Positions 58,995 through 64,000 of a DNA stretch of 64,000 bases are shown here, piece after piece; position 1 is the stretch's first letter, and each line of letters begins with the position of its first letter. Under the pieces are notes generated by a model. It worked only from the letters and a program-made list of their open reading frames with translations. It did not search any database and was not told where the DNA came from. Where the stretch lies: assembly GCA_964440115.1 (NCBI GenBank), contig CAYTPV010000001.1, positions 275,792-339,791 of the forward strand, in the 5' to 3' direction. The stretch comes from an uncultured Oscillospiraceae bacterium. Lineage in GTDB: Bacteria; Bacillota; Clostridia; Christensenellales; CAG-138. The position numbers and the translations under genes were made by a program.

Positions 58995-60884
58995 TTATTC
59001 CAGTTCGAACGCACCGGTATAAAGCTGATAATACTTCCCCTTTTCCTCGATCAGGTGTTCGTGGCTGCCGCGTTCGATTATTTTCCCATGTTCGAGTACC
59101 ATAATGACGTCGGAGTTTTGCACCGTGGAAAGGCGGTGCGCGATTACAAACACCGTGCGCCCTTTCATGAGCGCGTCCATGCCGCGCTGTACGATGGCCT
59201 CGGTACGCGTATCGATGGAGGAGGTCGCCTCGTCCAATATCATCACCGGCGGGTCGGCTACCGCCGCACGTGCGATGGCGATGAGCTGCCTCTGCCCCTG
59301 CGAGAGGTTGCTGCCGTTGCTTTGGAGCATGGTCTGATACCCCTCCGGGAGCCTTGTGATAAAGTCATGCGCACCGGCGAGCTCCGCCGCAGCCTCACAT
59401 TCTTCATCCGTCGCGTCGAGCCTGCCGTAGCGGATATTGTCCATGACGGTACCGGTAAACAGATTCGTATCCTGAAGCACGATACCGATGGCACGGCGCA
59501 GGTCTGATTTCTTGATTTTATTGATATTGATTCCGTCGTAGCGGATCTTTCCGTCCGCAATGTCGTAAAAGCGGTTTAGCAGGTTGGTGATGGTAGTTTT
59601 GCCCGCGCCCGTCGCGCCGACAAACGCCACTTTCTGGCCAGGCTCCGCAAACAGCGTAATGTTGTGAAGCACCGGCTTCTCTTTATCGTAGCCGAAATCA
59701 ACATCCTGCAGGCGTATGTCGCCCGCAAGTTTGGTATAACGCACCGTGCCGTCGGCAAGGGGCTGCTTCCACGCCCAGAGATCCGTGCGCTCCGCACATT
59801 CCATAATCGTGCCGTTTTCCTCCCTGGCATAGACAAGCGTTACCAGCCCGTTGTCTTCCTCGGGTAATTCATCGAGCACCGTAAATATGCGGTCCGCGCC
59901 CGCGAGACCCATGATCACAGCATTCACCTGCTGTGACACCTGGTTGATGTTGCCCGAGAACTGGCGCGTGATGTTCAAAAAAGGCACCACAATGCTGATG
60001 CTGAACGCGAACCCCGAAATGCTCAGGTTATGCGCCTTTGTGAGCAGAAATATCCCGCCCGCCATCGCAACAAGAACATATATGAGGTTGCCGATGTTCA
60101 TGAGCACGGGGGCAAGTATGTTGGCAAATTTGTTGGCCTGCTCCGAATCGTGGAAAAGCCCGTCGTTGATGGCGTCAAAGCCCGCCTTCGTCTCCTTCTC
60201 ATGGCAGAACACCTTTACGACCTTCTGGCCGTTCATCATTTCCTCAACAAAACCCTCGGTTTTGCCCAGGGAGCGCTGCTGCTGGATAAAATACTTCGCG
60301 GAATTGCCGCCGATTTTTTTTACTGCAGTGAGCATGAAGGCCATGCCGCTTAGCACCACGGCGGTCATCCAGACGCTGAAGTAGAGCATAATGCTAAATA
60401 GCGTCAACAGCGTGACGGATGAGACCAAAAGCTGCGGCATGCTTTGGGAGATCAGCTGCCTAAGCGTATCGATATCGTTGGTGTAGTGACTCATGATGTC
60501 GCCATGTGAATGCGTATCAAAAAAACGGATGGGCAATGCCTCCATCTTATGAAAAAGCCTTTCACGCATCTTCTTGAGCGAACCCTGCGTAATGACTGCC
60601 ATCGTGCGGTTATAGGTGAACGACGACGCCAGCGAAAGCACATACAGCCCCGCGAGGATCGCAACGATCCGCAGTATTTGAGGACCGACGTGCGCCCAGT
60701 CGCCGCCCTGATTCTGTTCAAGCACCGCGATAATGTTCTGCATGAAGATGGAGGGAATGGAGGAAACCGCCGCGGTAAACACGATACACATCAGTACCAG
60801 CGGTAGCACAACGGGATAAAACTGAAACAGCATTTTGATCAGCCGCTTCGTCGTTCCCTTTTTATACATGGTATTGCGCTTCAT
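58995..60884 (-). CDS. ABC exporter fused permease-ATPase (heterodimer half)
   Basis: Six TM segments plus an NBD: GATGAGKTT, LSQGQRQL, ILDEATS. Confidence 0.85.
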   Translation of the reverse strand: MKRNTMYKKGTTKRLIKMLFQFYPVVLPLVLMCIVFTAAVSSIPSIFMQNIIAVLEQNQGGDWAHVGPQILRIVAILAGLYVLSLASSFTYNRTMAVITQGSLKKMRERLFHKMEALPIRFFDTHSHGDIMSHYTNDIDTLRQLISQSMPQLLVSSVTLLTLFSIMLYFSVWMTAVVLSGMAFMLTAVKKIGGNSAKYFIQQQRSLGKTEGFVEEMMNGQKVVKVFCHEKETKAGFDAINDGLFHDSEQANKFANILAPVLMNIGNLIYVLVAMAGGIFLLTKAHNLSISGFAFSISIVVPFLNITRQFSGNINQVSQQVNAVIMGLAGADRIFTVLDELPEEDNGLVTLVYAREENGTIMECAERTDLWAWKQPLADGTVRYTKLAGDIRLQDVDFGYDKEKPVLHNITLFAEPGQKVAFVGATGAGKTTITNLLNRFYDIADGKIRYDGININKIKKSDLRRAIGIVLQDTNLFTGTVMDNIRYGRLDATDEECEAAAELAGAHDFITRLPEGYQTMLQSNGSNLSQGQRQLIAIARAAVADPPVMILDEATSSIDTRTEAIVQRGMDALMKGRTVFVIAHRLSTVQNSDVIMVLEHGKIIERGSHEHLIEEKGKYYQLYTGAFELE

Positions 60885-62620
60885 TGCCGCTCACCTACCT
60901 TGTTTTGAGATTCGTACACCTCGCGGTAGATCTCGTTGGTTTCCAAAAGCTCTTCGTGCGTGCCCACAGCCACGATACCGCCCTTATCCATCAGCATGAT
61001 GCGGTCGGCGTCCTGCACGGAGGCAACGCGCTGCGCAATGATGATCTTTGTTGTATCGGGAATATACTCACGCAGCGCCTTCCTGATCTTTGCATCGGTA
61101 TGCGTATCGACGGCGCTTGTGGAATCATCCAGTATAAGAATTTTGGGCTTCTTCAAAAGCGCGCGTGCGATGCACAGCCGCTGCTTCTGCCCGCCTGAAA
61201 CATTTGTCCCCCCCTGCTCAATGTGCGTATTGTAGCCATCGGGGAACTGCGAAATAAAATCGTCCGCCTGCGCAAGAGAGCACGCCTCTTTTAATTCCTC
61301 GTCGGTCGCCAGCGGGTTGCCCCAACGAAGGTTTTCGCTTATGGTTCCTGAAAACAGGAGATTGTTTTGCAGCACCACGGAAACCTGATTGCGCAGCGCC
61401 TCTATGTCGTAGGCGCGTACGTCCAGCCCGCCTACCCGAACTATCCCTTCCGTAGCGTCATACAGGCGCGGGATAAGCTGAATGAGCGATGATTTCGAGG
61501 AGCCTGTCCCGCCCAGAATACCGATGGTTTCACCGGACTTGATATGAAGATCAATGTTTTGGAGCGCCATGCGCTCCGCTTTCTCTGAATAGCGGAAGCT
61601 CACGCCGGAAAAATCGATGGAGCCGTCCTTCACCTCATATACGGGCTTTTCCGGGTTGCTCAACGTGCTTTTTTCCTGAATTACCTCCACGATACGGCGG
61701 CCGGATTCATCCGCGATGGTGATCATCACGAAAACCATGGAAAGCATCATCAGGCTCATCAGAGTCTGGAAGCTGTAAACCATGAGCGACGAAAGCTGAC
61801 CCACGTTAAAGTTGAGCCCCTGCGTGGTGATAATGGTATACGCGCCGAAGGTCAAAATGAACACCATGTTCACATACAGGCAAAACTGCATGATGGGGCC
61901 GTTGAACGCAAGTATCTTTTCGGCCCTTGTGAATTCCACGCGCACATCCTCGGCAGCCTTTTCGAATTTTTGCTTTTCATAGTCCTCGCGCACGAAGGAT
62001 TTCACCACGCGGATGCCCTGAATATTCTCCTGAACGGAACTATTGAGCGCATCATACTTACGAAACACCCTCTTGAATATCGGAAATGCCTTCCTGATGA
62101 TAAGGAACAGCCCTATGCCGAGAACCGGTACCACAACAACGAATATAAGCGCCAGTCTGCCGCCCATAATAAACGCCATCACTATGGCGAAAATGAGCAT
62201 GAGCGGGCTTCTGATGGCTACGCGGATGATCATCATATAGGCATTCTGAACATTGCTCACATCCGTCGTAAGCCTCGTTACAAGAGACGACGCGGAGAAC
62301 CTGTCGATATTCTCAAAGGAAAAGGACTGGATGCTGTAGAACATATCCTTTCTGAGGTTGCGCGCAAAGCCGCTTGATGCCGTGGCGCAAGCCGTGCCCG
62401 AAAGTCTGCCGAACAGAAGCGATATGCTTGCCATCGCCAAAAGCAGCAGTCCATACTTCAAAATGATGTCGATGCCGCAGCCCGCCTTTATCTGGTTGAC
62501 GAGCTGAGCGGTGATGAAGGGAATAATGCACTCGATTACAACCTCCATCGACACGAAAGTCGGCGCCAGAATGGAGGGCTTTTTAAATTCCCTTATACTT
62601 TTTATAAGAACCTTCCACAT
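60881..62620 (-). CDS. ABC exporter fused permease-ATPase (heterodimer half)
   Basis: Six TM segments plus an NBD: GGTGSSKSS, VSGGQKQRL, ILDDSTS. Overlaps the downstream partner by 4 bp. Confidence 0.85.
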   Translation of the reverse strand: MWKVLIKSIREFKKPSILAPTFVSMEVVIECIIPFITAQLVNQIKAGCGIDIILKYGLLLLAMASISLLFGRLSGTACATASSGFARNLRKDMFYSIQSFSFENIDRFSASSLVTRLTTDVSNVQNAYMMIIRVAIRSPLMLIFAIVMAFIMGGRLALIFVVVVPVLGIGLFLIIRKAFPIFKRVFRKYDALNSSVQENIQGIRVVKSFVREDYEKQKFEKAAEDVRVEFTRAEKILAFNGPIMQFCLYVNMVFILTFGAYTIITTQGLNFNVGQLSSLMVYSFQTLMSLMMLSMVFVMITIADESGRRIVEVIQEKSTLSNPEKPVYEVKDGSIDFSGVSFRYSEKAERMALQNIDLHIKSGETIGILGGTGSSKSSLIQLIPRLYDATEGIVRVGGLDVRAYDIEALRNQVSVVLQNNLLFSGTISENLRWGNPLATDEELKEACSLAQADDFISQFPDGYNTHIEQGGTNVSGGQKQRLCIARALLKKPKILILDDSTSAVDTHTDAKIRKALREYIPDTTKIIIAQRVASVQDADRIMLMDKGGIVAVGTHEELLETNEIYREVYESQNKVGERQ

Positions 62621-62713
62621 TGAGTTAACTTTACTCCTCTTTCACGGCAGGATATTTGATCCCGCCAAACTGTTTTTGGCGCTGCGAGGTGCGAGCCGGT
62701 TGGCTTTTTTTGC

Positions 62714-63172
62714 TTATCTTGACGATTCCCAGCACTTGTCGTCAGCGCCTGCCTCAAACAGCGGGTCAGTTTTGAGATAATCCAGATGCACTACGAGTTT
62801 TTCTAAAATTCCTCCAAGCTGCTCCATTTCCTGCTCGCTCAAGCACTCAAACATCCGTTTGAGCGTGCGGATGTAATGCTCCTTTACCTGAAGGGCCAGT
62901 CTCCTTCCCTCGGGCGTAAGCGCAAGCTTTACCTGCCGCTTATCATCGCAGCTCTTTTTGCGTTCCACCAAGGACGCCTCTTCCATCTTTTGAAGAATTT
63001 CGCTCAAAGCGCCAGAGCTTATCTCAAGCAGGTCTTGAAGCTCCTTTTGGGTAAGGTCTTGCTGCTTCAAAAGTGTGACGAGAATACGCCGCTGCCCTGC
63101 TTTTCCGCCCGTCTGATAATAAAGAAAATGCCCGCACGCCCTCAAACGGGTCGCCAGCGCATGCTCCAACTG
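62714..63172 (-). CDS. MarR-family transcriptional regulator
   Basis: Winged-helix motif (QKELQDLLEISSGALSEILQKMEEASLVER). First gene of the minus-strand exporter operon. Confidence 0.8.
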   Translation of the reverse strand, partial: QLEHALATRLRACGHFLYYQTGGKAGQRRILVTLLKQQDLTQKELQDLLEISSGALSEILQKMEEASLVERKKSCDDKRQVKLALTPEGRRLALQVKEHYIRTLKRMFECLSEQEMEQLGGILEKLVVHLDYLKTDPLFEAGADDKCWESSR

Positions 63173-63431
63173 CATTTTCAACACACTCCAACTTTTTCAC
63201 TTTGCACCAAGAGTTTAGGTACCAAGCGACATTTTACATCCGAAGCTTTTGTTTCGCAACGGATATTTTTATGTACGAGAGCCTTGCTATAGCTACTCTT
63301 AATAGCTTCTAGTATTTCTCGATCTTATCAGTGTGAACTGATTCAGTGATTGACATCAATACAATAATGTCATATATTAGATGTAACATGTAACATGCAA
63401 CTCGAATTCATGTTTCGCGCGTACATATCAA

Positions 63432-64000
63432 TGGAAGGCAGATGATTGATTTGTTCCCCAATAAGGCGGATATTGTGATTATTGGCGGCGGAGTGGTGGG
63501 CTGTTCGATTGCTTACCACTTGGCAAAAGCAGGATACTCCCCTGTGTTGCTGGAAAAAAACGAAATCGCCTCAGCGGCGTCCGGCGGCAATTCGGGTCAG
63601 ATATCCATCACGGATCGGGAGCCGGGCACCCAATTGGACTGGTCTCTGCGCAGCCTCGATTTGTACAGAGAATATGAGCAAAGGTGCGAATTTGCCACCG
63701 ACGTTGAAGAAACCGGCGGTTTAACTGTCATGAAAAGTCAGGATGAAATAGACAAAACTATGCATCTTGTACACAGCCATAAGGCCGCCGGGATAGAAAT
63801 TCAAATGCTGTTAGGCCATGAGGTGTTAGAGAAGGAACCCCTGATCAATCCGGATTCCGTATGTGGGGCTATATGGTGCGCAAGAGAAGGTCGCCTCAAT
63901 CCAATGTCCATCACCTATGGCTTTGCTGACAGAGCAGCGCAAATGGGAGCCACTATTCACACCGGCACAGCCGTCACCGGCTTTGAGACCGCGGGGGGAC
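63432..64000 (+). CDS. FAD-dependent oxidoreductase (DAO family; glycine/sarcosine oxidase-like), 3'-truncated
   Basis: ATG 6 nt after GGAAGG. FAD-binding VIIGGGVVGCSIAYHLAK. Frame stays open to the window end. It is not in the ORF track because no stop codon falls in the window. Confidence 0.7.

Noticed and set aside
1-64000. CRISPR arrays, insertion sequences, integrases, prophage genes.
   Set aside because: No regularly spaced direct repeats were seen. No transposase, integrase or phage structural motifs were seen in any frame.

Overview
This looks like a chromosomal window from a high-GC (roughly 58-60%) Firmicute of the Clostridia type. The taxon is an inference from gene content and sequence style; no database search was run. 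It contains no transposase, integrase, CRISPR array or rRNA.

Gene content, in order:
- Lysine-branch genes: 3' part of aspartate kinase, asd, and a dapB with an unusual C-terminal ACT-domain pair.
- Cell-shape cluster: mreB-mreC-mreD-PBP2, followed by a lone EAL-domain protein.
- THUMP RNA methyltransferase, TPR protein, Hsp33 and a SAM methyltransferase.
- An Lsa-like ABC-F (ARE-type) gene, preceded by a promoter, a 6-codon uORF and a terminator/antiterminator leader.
- An iron-type ABC importer (fused permease, ATPase, lipoprotein binding protein) with a Fur-like box.
- PrsA-like foldase and L-lactate dehydrogenase.
- Two MarR plus heterodimeric ABC exporter modules.
- An orphan papain/C39-like protein and a flotillin.
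- A complete glycine reductase locus: promoter, tandem-aptamer glycine riboswitch, terminator, grdX, grdE, grdB, trxB, trxA, grdA, grdC, grdD, then selA, selB and tRNA-Sec. grdB and grdA each carry an in-frame TGA; the ORF track splits or truncates both. selD is not in the window.
- An AAA_5 ATPase / metallopeptidase-VWA / small-protein trio just after tRNA-Sec.
- A polysaccharide cluster: WecB, a GT39-like membrane glycosyltransferase, and an NfrB-like GT2 synthase with a C-terminal MshEN (c-di-GMP-binding) domain.
- A BceRS/BceAB-like two-component plus FtsX ABC module.
- The 5' part of an FAD-dependent (DAO family) oxidoreductase.

The main hunt results are the ABC-F attenuator, the Sec-dependent glycine reductase operon with its riboswitch, the Gram-positive NfrB-like synthase cluster, the tRNA-adjacent MoxR/VWA trio, the DapB-ACT fusion and a palindrome-dense intergenic region.
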